64,000 nt of DNA. Origin: Eledone cirrhosa. Lineage: Eukaryota. Each line of letters opens with the position of its first letter. Position 1 is the stretch's first letter. The DNA lies in contig OZ024748.1 of NCBI GenBank assembly GCA_964016885.1, positions 44,950,001 through 45,014,000 on the forward strand. Reading direction: 5' to 3'. Position numbers and translations under genes: made by a program. Shown here piece after piece: positions 1 through 13,059 of the stretch. Under the pieces are notes generated by a model. It saw nothing but the letters and a program-made list of their open reading frames with translations, made no database searches and had not been told where the DNA came from.

Positions 1-2946
1 GGAGACTGTACAGTGGACTATATTATACTGTGGTACCTACTTACAGTCTAGTGGACTGTGGAGAGTGTAGGACATGGAGATAGTACAGTGGACTATATTA
101 TACTGTGGTACCTACTTACAGTCTAGTGGACTGTGGAGAGTGTAGGACATGGAGACAGTACAGTGGACTATATTATACTGTTGTACCTACTTACAGTCTA
201 GTGGACTGTGGAGTGTGTAGGACTTGGAGACAGTACAGTGGACTATATTATACTGTTGTACCTACTTACAGTCTAGTGGACTGTGGAGTGTGTAGGACTT
301 GGAGACAGTACAGTGGACTATATTATACTGTGGTACCTACTTACAGTCTAGTGGACTGTGGAGTGTGTAGGACTTGGAGACAGTACAGTGGACTATATTA
401 TACTGTTGTACCTACTTACAGTCTAGTGGACTGTGGAGTGTAGGACATGGAGATAGTACAGTGAACTATATTAAACTGTGGTACCTACTTACAGTTTAGT
501 GGACTGTGGCGTGTGTAGGACATGGAGACAGTACAGTGGACTCTATTATACTGTGGTACCTACTTACAGTCTAGTGGACTGTGGAGTGTGTTGGACATGG
601 AGACAGTACAGTGGACTATATTATACTGTGGTACCTACTTACAGTCTAGTGGACTGTGGAGTGTGTAGGACATGGAGACAGTACAGTGGACTATATTATA
701 CTGTGGTACCTACTTACAGTCTAGTGGACTGTGGAGTGTTTAGGACATGGAGTCAGTACAGTGGACTATATTATACTGTGGTACCTACTTACAGTCTAGT
801 GGACTGTGGAGTGTGTAGGACATGGAGTCAGTACAGTGGACTATATTATACTGTGGTACCTACTTACAGTCTAGTAGACTGTGGAGTGTGTAGGACATGG
901 AGACAGTACAGTGGACTATATTATACTGTGGTATCTACTTACAGTCTAGTGGACTGTGGAGTGTGTAGGACATGGAGACAGTACAGTGGACTATATTATA
1001 CTGTGGTACCTACTTACAGTCTAGTGGACTGTGGAGAGTGTAGGACATGGAGACAGTACAGTGGACTATATTATACTGTGGTACCTACTTACAGTCTAGT
1101 GGACTGTGGTGAGTGTAGGACATGGAGACAGTACAGTGGACTATATTATACTGTGGTACCTACTTACAGTCTAGTGGACTGTGGAGTGTGTAGGACATGG
1201 AGACAGTACAGTGGACTATATTATACTGTGGTACCTACTTACAGTTTAGTGGACTGTGGAGTGTGTAGGACATGGAGACAGTACAGTGGACTATATTATA
1301 CTGTGGTACCTACTTACAGTCTAGTGGACTGTGGAGTGTGTAAGACATGGAAATAGTACAGTGAACTATATTATATTGTGGTACCTACTTACAGTCTAGT
1401 GGACTGTGGAGTGTGTAGGACATGGAGACATTACAGTGGACTATATTAAACTGTGGTACCTACTTACAGTTTAGTGGACTGTGGCGTGTGTAGGACATGG
1501 AGACAGTACAGTGGACTATATTATACTGTGGTACCTACTTACAGTTTAGTGGACTATATTATACTGTGGTACCTACTTACAGTCTAGTGGACTGTGGAGA
1601 GTGTAGGACATGGAGACAGTACAGTGGACTATATTATACTGTGGTACCTACTTACACTCTAGTGGACTGTGGAGTGTGTAGGACATGGAGACAGTACAGT
1701 GAACTATATTATACTGTGGTACCTACTTACAGTTTAGTGGACTGTGGAGTGTGTATGGCATGGAGACAGTACAGTGGACTATATTATATTGTGGTAACTA
1801 CTTACAGTCTGGTGGACCGTGGAGTGTGTAGGACATGGAGACAGTACAGTGGACTATATTATACTGTGGTACCTACTTACAGTCTAGTGGACTGTGGAGT
1901 GTGTAGGACATGGAGACAGTACAGTGGACTATATTATACTGTGGTACCTACTTACACTCTAGTGGACTGTGGAGTGTGTAGGACATGGAGACAGTACAGT
2001 GGACTATATTATACTGTGGTACCTACTTACACTCTAGTGGACTGTGGAGTGTGTAGGACATGGAGACAGTACAGTGGACTATATTATACTGTGGTACCTA
2101 CTTACACTCTAGTGGACTGTGGAGTGTGTAGGACATGGAGACAGTACAGTGGACTATATTATACTGTGGTACCTACTTACACTCTAGTGGACTGTGGAGT
2201 GTGTAGGACATGGAGACAGTACAGTGGACTATATTATACTGTGGTACCTACTTACAGTCTAGTGGACTGTGGAGTGTGTAGGACATGGAGATAGTACAGT
2301 GGACTATATTATACTGTGGTACCTACTTACAGTCTAGTGGACTGTGGAGTGTGTAGGACGTGGAGATAGTACAGTGAACTATATTATACTGTAGTACCTA
2401 CTTACAGTCTAGTGGACTGTGGAGTGTGTAGGACATGGAGACAGTACAGTGGACTATATTATACTGTGGTACCTACTTACACTCTAGTGGACTGTGGAGT
2501 GTGTAGGACATGGAGACAGTACAGTGGACTATATTATACTGTGGTACCTACTTACAGTCTAGTGGACTGTGGAGTGTGTAGGACATGGAGACAGTACAGT
2601 GGACTATATTATACTGTTGTACCTACTTACAGTCTAGAGGACTTTGGAGTGTGTAGGACATGGAGACAGTACAGTGGACTATATTATACTGTGGTACCTA
2701 CTTACAGTCTAGTGGACTGTGGAGTGTGTAGGACATGGAGACAGTACAGTGGTCTATATTATACTGTGGTACCTACTTATAGTCTAGTGGACTGTGGAGT
2801 GTGTAGGACATGGAGACAGTACAGTGGGCTATATTATACTGTGGTACCTACTTACAGTCTAGTGGACTGTGGAGTGTGTAGGACATGGAGACAGTACAGT
2901 GGACTATATTATACTGTGGTACCTACTTACAGCCTAGTGGACTGTG
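1..2946. repeat. 75-bp minisatellite, about 39 copies (runs off the window start)
   Basis: Unit GTGGACTGTGGAGTGTGTAGGACATGGAGACAGTACAGTGGACTATATTATACTGTGGTACCTACTTACAGTCTA. It gives the 25-aa repeat ORFs, which are broken by frameshifts and stops. Confidence 0.97.
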
Positions 2947-3060
2947 CTGCTGACAGTTTAAAAAACTACAAAATGGACAATGGACGATGAAGTCCTAGAT
3001 ACACAAAAGAGGTGATGGGTATTTCTGGAACGACTCTGCTCACATGTGTGCTCAGTTTAT
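2931..3060 (-). other. Candidate exon (130 nt) of an unidentified minus-strand transcript
   Basis: Minus strand reads TTGTTGTTCCTTTAACGGCCAG|exon|GTAAGTAG. One frame reads KLSTHVSRVVPEIPITSFVYLGLHRPLSIL-stop. No homology recognised. Confidence 0.3.
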
Positions 3061-3084
3061 CTGGCCGTTAAAGGAACAACAACA

Positions 3085-3112
3085 GTAGTAGCAGTAGTGT
3101 TAATGGTGGTTT

Positions 3113-3146
<34 letters not shown>

Positions 3147-3211
3147 GGTGATGATGATAGTAGTAGTAGTGGTGGTCGTGGTAGTAGTAATAGTGGTTGT
3201 GGTGGTGGTGT

Positions 3212-3296
<85 letters not shown>

Positions 3297-3372
3297 AGTA
3301 GTGGTGGTGGTAGTAGTAGTAGTGGTAGTAGTAGCAGTAGTAATAGTAGTTATAGTAGTAGTGGTAGTAGTG

Positions 3373-3418
<46 letters not shown>

Positions 3419-3435
3419 TAGTTATAGTAGTAATG

Positions 3436-3469
<34 letters not shown>

Positions 3470-3532
3470 TAGTTATAGTAGTAGTGGTAGTAGTAGTAGT
3501 AGTATTAGTGGTAGTAGTAGTAGTAGTAGTTA

Positions 3533-3566
<34 letters not shown>

Positions 3567-3576
3567 TGTAGTAGTT

Positions 3577-3673
<97 letters not shown>

Positions 3674-3932
3674 TAGTTATAGTATTAGTGGTAGTAGTCG
3701 TTTCTTGTTTCTTCCTGGAAAAAATTAAGAAAGGAAAAATTAAACGACCCACATAAACATCACCACGACAACCATCACCATCATCATCAACATCATCATC
3801 ATCCTCATCATCAACAACACCAACAGCAGCAGCAGTAGCAACATCATCATCACCATTAGCAACAATAACAGCAATAATAATAACAACAACAACAACAACA
3901 GCAATAATAATAACAACAACAACAACAACAAC
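3085..3932. repeat. (GTA/GTG)n microsatellite followed by (CAT/CAA)n
   Basis: Direct inspection; produces poly-V, poly-T and poly-L pseudo-ORFs. Confidence 0.95.
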
Positions 3933-4034
3933 GCAGAAAATAATTTATCGAATGTTGGCAGTGTCTCTAAATATATCTGGAATGGTACCAACCCAATATA
4001 TATACACCCTATATATATACATACACTACCATGT

Positions 4035-4097
<63 letters not shown>

Positions 4098-4134
4098 GTG
4101 TTTGTGCATGTATATAAAGTGTGTATATAAATAC

Positions 4135-4165
<31 letters not shown>

Positions 4166-4318
4166 AAGAAATACATATACACGTATATATATTATATATA
4201 TGTGTGTGTATATATATATATGTATATATGTATATACACATATATATATATATATATGTAATAAAATATAGAGAAAAATACTGCAGGTAGCACATGGATA
4301 ACATGTAATAAAATGAGT

Positions 4319-4390
<72 letters not shown>

Positions 4391-4450
4391 ATGTATATGT
4401 ATATATATGTGTATATGTATATATGTATATATATGTGTATATATTTATAT

Positions 4451-4489
<39 letters not shown>

Positions 4490-4490
4490 C

Positions 4491-5066
4491 ATATTGTTAT
4501 GCTTTGGGAGGGTCATGTTGCCAATAAGAAACACACGCACCTGCTGCTTTCATTTCAATTTATTATAATAAATTTATAAATTTAGGAATTTATAAATTTC
4601 CGGTTGGTTGGTTGGTTCCACAACCAGATGATTGTTTATATATTGTCAAAGTTCTTTCGTCACACATTCTGTGACCTCATCAGTGACTGGGGTTTCTTTT
4701 CTTTGTTTTTGTGCCTCTCCTTTGTTCTGTCCTACGCCATCTTGTAAGACAGAAAAACAAGATGGCGTAGGACAGAACAAAGGAGAGGCACAAAAACAAA
4801 GAAAAGAAACCCCAGTCACTGATGAGGTCACAGAATGTGTGACGAAAGAACTTTGACAATATATAAACAATCATCTGGTTGTGGAACCAACCAACCAACC
4901 GGAAATTTATAAATTCCTAAATTTATAAATTTATTATAATGAATTGAAATGAAAGCAGCAGGTGCGTGTGTTTCTTATTGGCAACATGACCCTCCCAAAG
5001 TATGACAATATCGGTTTCAACACACGTTTTCAGATAAAGAATCTTGCTCATCAAATTCAGAAACGA
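4491..5066. mobile_element. Penelope-like pLTR fold-back palindrome (255-bp arms, 11-nt loop at 4746-4756)
   Basis: 4491-4745 is the near-perfect reverse complement of 4757-5011. Each arm has a hammerhead core. The right arm continues into ATG 4986, MTLPKYDNIGFNTRFQIKNLAHQIQKR. Both sides are TA-rich. Confidence 0.8.
4815..4857 (+). ncRNA. Minimal type I hammerhead ribozyme-like motif (mirror copy on minus strand, 4645-4687)
   Basis: GTCA CTGATGA G GTCACA-GAATG-TGTGAC GAAA GAAC TT TGAC: stem I GTCA/TGAC, one extra nucleotide after A9, 6-bp stem II, very short stem III. Confidence 0.65.
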
Positions 5067-5071
5067 TATAT

Positions 5072-5125
<54 letters not shown>

Positions 5126-5245
5126 TACACATGTACACCTGTTTTTCTCCAAACATGGGAGGTTACCATTCATTCTTGATAACTTCCCGCGTTTCGAGAG
5201 ATGCATAATACATACATACATACATAATACATACATATATATATA

Positions 5246-6080
5246 TCATCATCATCATCATCATTCGTCGACTACTGTCGAGATGATGGATCTCACCCTC
5301 ATGCCCCATAATTCCCTGTCCCCCATCGCTGCCCCCAGGTCCTGTCTACTGATTCCCGTATCCCTAGAGATAACGTCAGGGAATGACAGCTTCCTACTCC
5401 TCGTCAGGCTGGAGTCAGGGTTCCAGAGAAAGAGAGCGGATATGATTTCATTGCTGGCACGGTGACAGTGGCCAGCAAATTGAGCTCTCCGGGATTTTAG
5501 AAGGGCAGAGGCTCGAGGGAGTTTCCCATAAATTTTAGACAAGGTGGGATGTCGTTTCCAGGATAGGTTTTGCACTCTCATTAAGAGGCGGGTATATGTG
5601 CCATCCAATCTCCTCTCAAGTTGTGATGTTAGTGTCCAAGTTTCGGATCCATAAAGTAATATGGGCTTAATGGTTGCTTGGAATATTTCCAGTTTTAGCT
5701 TGTTGGTAAGTTGAGATGTCTATATGGCGTGCATGTCATTGCACGCTGACCATGCCATACCCTTCCTGGTTAGAAAATCTTTTTTGGAGGAGGAGATATA
5801 TGAGCCAAGATACTTGTAATCTTCCACCTGCTTAAGGGTGGTACCATTAAGGGTTCTGATGGGGTAGTTTGGGCTGTTTGCGCATCTGTTCACATACTCA
5901 GTCTTGGATTCGTTGAGGTACAGTCCAACACAGTTGGACGCTTGCTCTAATGACTTCAAAAGACTCAGCATTTTCCAGTGACCGACTGATCAATGCGATG
6001 TCGTCAGCAAAGTCGGTGTCGGTCAAGTATTTTGCTGGGAAGCGTGAGCTTCTCCTAGGCTGTAGTTGGTATCCCCTATC

Positions 6081-6083
<3 letters not shown>
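5246..6083 (-). mobile_element. 5'-truncated RTE-clade (RTE-X-like) LINE: RT C-terminal half with (TGA)n tail
   Basis: Minus translation QPRRSSRFPAKYLTDTDFADDIALIS...YKYLGSYI...LDGTYTRLL...RAQFAGHCHR, with frameshift and stop. (TCA)n on the plus strand at 5246-5263 is the 3' tail. Flanked by (TA)n. Confidence 0.9.
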
Positions 6084-6117
<34 letters not shown>

Positions 6118-6119
<2 letters not shown>

Positions 6120-6372
6120 AAGAGTTAAACAAAATTCAATGAGTACATCAAAGAATGAGTTTTACAGTAGATGGAAGCACTCTACGGAAAAATAATTTTC
6201 CGGAGTTATTAATATTAGAATATAAATATTAATAAAATAGATCTTCTTTTGATCAATTACATTTTATTATACATATTTCGGATGTACGTCCTCATCAGAC
6301 AAAATATAATGATACATGACATACCCTGAGATGTTAAATGATTAAATCTTAACCATTTAACATCTCAGGGTA
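6118..6372 (-). mobile_element. Penelope-like pLTR fragment with hammerhead and 5' hairpin
   Basis: Order on the minus strand: hairpin 6322-6372, hammerhead 6256-6310, ACTC..GAGTGC hairpin 6177-6206, then (TA)n. Confidence 0.7.
6256..6310 (-). ncRNA. Type I hammerhead ribozyme
   Basis: Minus strand: ATTATATTTTGT CTGATGA GGA-CGTACA-TCC GAAA TATGTA TA ATAAAATGTAAT. 12-bp stem I (2 GU pairs), intact core, quasi-palindromic stem III, UA cleavage site. Confidence 0.85.
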
Positions 6373-6415
6373 AAAAACGTTGGAACCGAAGGGAGACAGG
6401 AAGACCATACTTTGG

Positions 6416-6665
6416 TTCGTGGGAACGTTCCTTGGCAAAGAACGGAAAAAATGAAGATAATACGTCATTATTTGGAGCGGTGAAAACAATTACACGCGAA
6501 GACAAAACCACGTTTATGGTATAAATGAAGTTGTAGACTAATATTCTATTAGGTGGTTCATGGAGATGTTCTCTGGCAATGAACGGAAAAAACGAAGATA
6601 ATACGTCATTATGTGGATCGTTGAGAACAATTGCACTGAAGTCGTAGACTAAAATTCTATTTAGG
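6416..6665. repeat. Diverged tandem duplication, period about 141 bp
   Basis: TGGCAAAGAACGGAAAAAATGAAGATAATACGTCATTA near 6433 recurs, with two substitutions, near 6574. Confidence 0.75.
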
Positions 6666-7103
6666 AAACCGAATGATTCTCGGCTTCAGAGTTAAGAATA
6701 AAGTAAATAAAATACCGAGGTAATTGAAATTAAATGTATACATATACACACATCCATATACGTACATACACAAGCATACGCGAAACCACTCCCCATATAT
6801 TTCAGTTGGCCAAAGAATTCCTAATATTGGCTACACAGACCACTCTGGCATTGGTGTCTGTCTCAAATCCATTTACCATTAAATCTATAACCATTCCGTA
6901 AACAAACACTGTCATAATTATGGTAGAATATTAAAATACGAAAGAAAAATTCAATTTTTCGTTGGTCAAAATTAATTGTTCTGTATAGAACGTAGAAAGT
7001 TAGATTCATTTTTTGTGGAACAGTTTATGAAGCTTATTATGTATGTTTATACATGTGTATACATATATTTCTCTGTATGTGCGTATGCATGTTTTTGTGT
7101 ATA

Positions 7104-8467
7104 TCATAATCTATAAAGCTCAGTGTGTGGTCATGCTCCTTTCTTATAGAAATCTACGATATAGAATTTCTTCAATTGAAATTTACAATTCAGTATTCGA
7201 AATAGCACCGATTGCGTCTTGGCACATCTAATTTTTTCAATTTCACCCACAATTACGCAAAAAATAGATAAAACTCAATATTTTACGATTTTCCTCTGTC
7301 ATTTAAACTGCTAAACTCTTTCCACTACCATTCAAAATCTATACAACATCATACTTTCTGCTACTTTCTCTTTCCAAGCTTGATGGTGATACTGACCGTT
7401 TTACTCTCTCATATCATCTGACAACGTGCGTGATTGCCGAAGAGAGAGAGAGAAGAGAGTGAGAGGGAGAGAGATAGAGAACGTTTATTATTACATAAAG
7501 TACCAGTAATGTACTGGGTATTTGCTGGCCTTGTGCCAAAAAAGTAGAAACAATTATTACATTTCATACGAAACGACAATTATTCAAAAGCAACAGATAC
7601 ATTTATTCAACAACAAGCGATAAATCTTTTTTAAAACCTCTTTTCCAAACGCATACAAACACACACTCACTTCAACAACAACAACAACAATCTGCCTTTT
7701 ATAGATAATGATAAACAATAATATCCTCTATGAGGTCACTAAACCTGCTAGAAACAGCAGCTAACTCTCCCCCAACTCACACCCCTCCCTACTGTCTTAA
7801 ATTTAGAAAACATATCTTCTATGAGGTCACTAAACCTGCTAGAAACACCAGCTAACTCTCCCCCATATCACACCACTCCCTACTGTCTTAAATTTAGAAA
7901 ACACATATCCTCTATGAGGTTACTAAACCTGCTAGAAACAGCAGCTAAATCTCCCCCATAACACACCCCTCCCTACTGTCTTAAATTTAGAAAACATATC
8001 TTCTATGAGGTCACTAAACCTGCTAGAAACAGCAGCTAACTCTCCCCCATATCACACCACTCCCTACTGTCTTAAATTTAGAAAACACATATCCTCTATG
8101 AGATCACTAAACCTGCTAGAAACAACAGCTAACTCTCCCTAATATCACAACCCTCCCTACTTTCTTAAATTTAGAAAACACACAGACAACCATGCAGAAC
8201 AACTCCATCGCAGCTCTGTTGTTTGGCTGGCATCGTCTACGCGCGTGTTGCGCAAGTACTGTGAAACAATAAATTTCAACACTTTTTTGCACAGAGATAA
8301 TATCCATAGGCGAAACTACAATTGTCACTGCTGGCGCAGCTCCTGCTTCCAGGTCTGCAATTCATTCACCCAGTGCCTGGCAGACAAAAAAGTGCTGCCA
8401 TAAAATGGGTGGTGCAACCTAACTTTGGTAATTTAATGACACGAGCAACGCCGGGCTTTAATGCTAG
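7104..8467 (+). mobile_element. Probable non-autonomous Helitron
   Basis: 5' a|TCATAATCTATAAAGCTCAGTGTG. 3' CGAGCAACGCCGGGC...GCTAG|t matches the GC-rich subterminal motif plus CTAG end typical of invertebrate Helitrons. Pairing of the two ends is inferred. Confidence 0.5.
7721..8182. repeat. About 88-bp tandem repeat, 5 copies, derived from a SINE 3' part
   Basis: Unit ATATCCTCTATGAGGTCACTAAACCTGCTAGAAACAGCAGCTAACTCTCC...CTACTGTCTTAAATTTAGAAAAC. A diverged single copy lies near 43415-43490. Confidence 0.85.
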
Positions 8468-8479
8468 TGTGTATATAAA

Positions 8480-8592
8480 GGCATGTGGTTTTGTGGATAG
8501 GATATTCAGTTTACAATCGTAAGATTGTGAGTATGATTCCAGGTGGCGCGCTGTGTCCTTCAGCAAGACACTTGTTTCACGTTGCTCCAGTG
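8480..8592 (+). mobile_element. tRNA-derived SINE, degenerate (family A)
   Basis: Degenerate A and B boxes followed by the TGTGTCCTTCAGCAAGACACTT...GTTGCTCCAG core. Homologous copies at 18878 and 36385. Confidence 0.75.
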
Positions 8593-8691
8593 TCGTAAAC
8601 GACGATGTGCCTACATATGTATATTCATGTTTCTTTGTATATGTGTATGCATGATTGTGTGTATGTATGTGTGTGTATATATGTATAGTGG

Positions 8692-8781
<90 letters not shown>

Positions 8782-8888
8782 CCACTATATATAGTATAAC
8801 CACTATACATATATACACGCGGTCAGTCAATGATAAATATTGAGGACCAAATGAGCTAACTATGGAGATATAAAAGATACAGAAGCGA

Positions 8889-9029
8889 AAACCAACCAAT
8901 CAGTGAGTGTGTTCTGTTATTATTTCTGGCAATATTATTACAACAATATGACCCTCCCCAAGTATAACAACATTTGTTTCGACACACGATTTCATATCAA
9001 AAACCTCGCAAAACTAATTCATCGCCGTC

Positions 9030-9031
<2 letters not shown>
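8889..9031 (+). mobile_element. Penelope-like pLTR 3' end containing the ORF start
   Basis: ATG 8948, [28 protein letters not shown], then (TA)n. Homologous to 4986-5066 and 57671-57788. Confidence 0.6.
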
Positions 9032-9106
<75 letters not shown>

Positions 9107-9145
9107 AAACGAAAAATCAGTGATGCATCTGGACTCAGTTTATTG

Positions 9146-9235
9146 TGTGTTACAATTGTTTCGCCGGGGGATAGCTCGAGACACGATCATTGTATAGATC
9201 TGTCTGATTCTAGAACTGCGGGTTCTTCGGACACA
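9146..9235 (-). ncRNA. Degenerate hammerhead with long stem II insert
   Basis: Minus strand: TGTGT CCGAAGA [about 60 nt] GAAA CAATTG TA ACACA. Palindromic stem III CAATTG. Homologous to 19157-19251. Confidence 0.55.
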
Positions 9236-9956
9236 TGCAATACTTTCGGAACAAATTTTCTCAATGGGGTGTTAGCTTCAAAAAACATCTTCCACTCTTG
9301 TCTTGCTATTGGCTGTTGTTTTTCTACGTCATCATAAATTCTGGTCAATATTTGCTGCCATACTGGCCATCAGCTACTCTCCGTCCGACACACTTCAATG
9401 GACTCATGCTGGGTTTGGTATTTCACAAGATCGCTCATACACACATATATATACCCACACATACACACACACATATATATACCCACACATACACACACAC
9501 ACACACACATATATATATACACATACACACACACGCGGACACATACATATATACGCATACACATATGTACATACACATATGTACATACACATATGTACAT
9601 ACACATATGTACACACACATATGTACACACACCCTCCCTCTCTTACACACACCCGCACAAGCCCACAACCATATACATACCAACATACACGTCCACATGC
9701 GCCTGCCTATATGCCCTCATACATCCGGTCTCATGTGCACGCACACGCGCACACACGCACACACACACGTACACGCATACAAGGACACATACCTGCGTAC
9801 GCGTACATTTGCTCATATACACAAACACGTACAGACATATACATAGACACACGCACGCACACATACACGCCTGTCCTTATTGAGAGGCACAAAGACAGAC
9901 ACAAACGTACATACACACATATGCATACACACATATATATATATATATATATATAT

Positions 9957-10311
9957 GCAAAAGTTTTATTTAAAATTGTTGGGATACAACAAGTAAATAT
10001 TTTATAACTGATATAAAGCACTCGACAAGTTTTTGGAGTAGATATACGATATTAAATAAATGGAAACTATATTTATAAAACCATATTTATTTCATTATAC
10101 ATATTTCAGGGATACCAAATTAACGTACCCTATTAGAAGCGACCATTAAATGGTCGCTTCTAATAGGGTACGTCAAAATTATTTATAAAACTGTTTATAT
10201 ATTGTATTTTATCTGACGAAGGCATGCCATATTTTAATTTGGTATCCCTGAAATATGTATAATGAAATAAATATAGTTTTATAAATATAGTTTCCATTTA
10301 TTTAATATCGT
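9957..10311. mobile_element. Penelope-like pLTR pair in inverted orientation with internal hairpin
   Basis: About 10046-10123 is the reverse complement of about 10234-10311. Perfect-stem hairpin at 10124-10172. Intact hammerhead on the plus strand. (TA)n on both sides. Confidence 0.75.
10205..10269 (+). ncRNA. Type I hammerhead ribozyme
   Basis: TATTTTAT CTGACGA AGGCATGCCA..TGGTATCCCT GAAA TATGTA TA ATGAAATA. 8-bp stem I, long stem II, same stem III as 6256-6310. Confidence 0.85.
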
Positions 10312-10750
10312 ATATATATATATATGTAATATATATATGTATATGTACACGCACATAAACATACTCACAAACAATCCCTACCCTATGTATGTGCACATAC
10401 ACACAGATACCCCCCCCCCCCCCCACACGCGCACTGGCTCATATACGCACCAACAAATACGCGCCCAATTACCTCCGTGTCCACGTACATCCACAAAGAT
10501 AGATACACGCACACATGTATATATCTCTGTCTGTCCGTACCCCAATGTGATATACTCACAGTCATATAAATCTGCACAAAAGGTCATACAGGGTCATCCA
10601 TGGAAGGATGCATCCTGTTATACATGCACAAATATAAACCATGTAACCATATACATACATCCATACACATACATGCATGCACGCATACATACACACATAT
10701 AAATAGATAAATAAGTAAGCAAATAGAAAAATAAATAAATGTATATATAT

Positions 10751-10955
10751 ACATGGTGGCTGCCAACTCGTTTTCGAGTACGGCCACTACTTTATATCCA
10801 TGTAGGAGAACCCCTACCGATGCGCTGAATGAGTGTGACTTTTTAGTCCAGCCAGCGAGTTGAAAACTCTGGTACAAACACTACACTTGTGACAATTATT
10901 GACACATAGTGCTGGGCCCATGGTACCATGTGACGACAAGTGCAGAGAGATCTCC
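10751..10955 (-). mobile_element. 3' end of RTE-like LINE with terminal C2H2-type motif
   Basis: Minus translation CSVCTRVFNSLAGLKSHTHSAHR-stop, then a short UTR into (TA)n. Near-identical copy at 44319-44524. Confidence 0.7.
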
Positions 10956-11090
10956 ATGTATGCGTGTATGTATATATACATATATATATATATAAATACA
11001 TACACACATATATATATACACATATACGTAACATATATACACACATACACACATACATACACATACACACATACATACACATACATATAT

Positions 11091-11137
<47 letters not shown>

Positions 11138-11349
11138 TACACATCTGTACACACGCACACATACACACCCATATATAAACGTACATACACACACGTACAT
11201 ACACATCTATAGAAAAACCTACAGTATAGTAAAATATGTATTTAACGTCATACCTTAAAAGATGTAACTTGTATTACACACGCACGGATATAAACATTAT
11301 AATCATATACATGCATCCATACACATTCACGTACCATATACATATTCGA

Positions 11350-11932
11350 CTTTATCAAACAGTGAACTACAGCGGCGGCGGCGTGCAGCCAGGAATGAAG
11401 AAAAACGGGCCAAACAGCGCCATCGGAACGCCGAACTTCAGAGGCGAAGACGTGCCGCCATGAATGAAGAGGAGCTGGCTGAACAACGCCAACGAAACAC
11501 TGGAGCCAATTAGCGACGGCGTGCTGCGATGGTTGAAGACGAACTGGCTGAGCATCATCTTTAAATTAATTATCTATATCTATATCTACATATGATATAA
11601 AAGATTGGAACTTCCATCATCCTTTTGAGAAAAGTGGAACAACCACGTCTATGCAATGATACACGTTTTACAGTCAGGCAGAAGATGAACCATCTCCTAG
11701 AGGTCACTATTCTAGGTGGAAGCACCTAGAATTGTTCATATACTATGCACAAACGGTACAACGAAGAATCTGGTATATCTGGAAGATTTTCTTTTACAGT
11801 TTTCTGTATCACACAGTCACCATGGACTCGCCTCATACTTTAACCAGACAAACATCCAATACAGTCATTTTCTCTTTTAACTATCTTCTCTTATCACCTG
11901 TTTATCCGGGCGAAGCTGGGTACGTCAGCTAG
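11350..11932 (+). mobile_element. Internally deleted Helitron (STPR-like repeats, PIF1-type helicase fragment, RepHel C-terminus, CTAG end)
   Basis: 11358-11557 has 23-aa repeats ELQRRRRAARNEEKRAKQRHRNA. About 11597-11729 reads IKIGTSIILLRKVEQPRLCNDTRFTVRQKMNHLLEVTILGG (helicase motif LLRN..PP.LCNGTRL), then LCTNGTTKNLVYLED. 3' end CCGGGCGAAGCTGGG-TACGTCAG-CTAG|t. Confidence 0.85.
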
Positions 11933-12896
<964 letters not shown>

Positions 12897-12897
12897 C

Positions 12898-12958
<61 letters not shown>

Positions 12959-13059
12959 TATATACATACATACATACACACACACACATATATATATATA
13001 TCTACACACACATACATATACATACGCACACGTCTACGTATATACACACATATAAAAAC

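Noticed and set aside
105-2990. Cys-rich 25-aa repeat protein with CxxC motifs
   Set aside because: Product of a 75-bp satellite. Stops and frameshifts are scattered through the array, and there is no unique N-terminus or sign of codon-level constraint.
4632-4870. Pair of near-identical 74-aa ORFs on opposite strands
   Set aside because: A direct consequence of the DNA palindrome.
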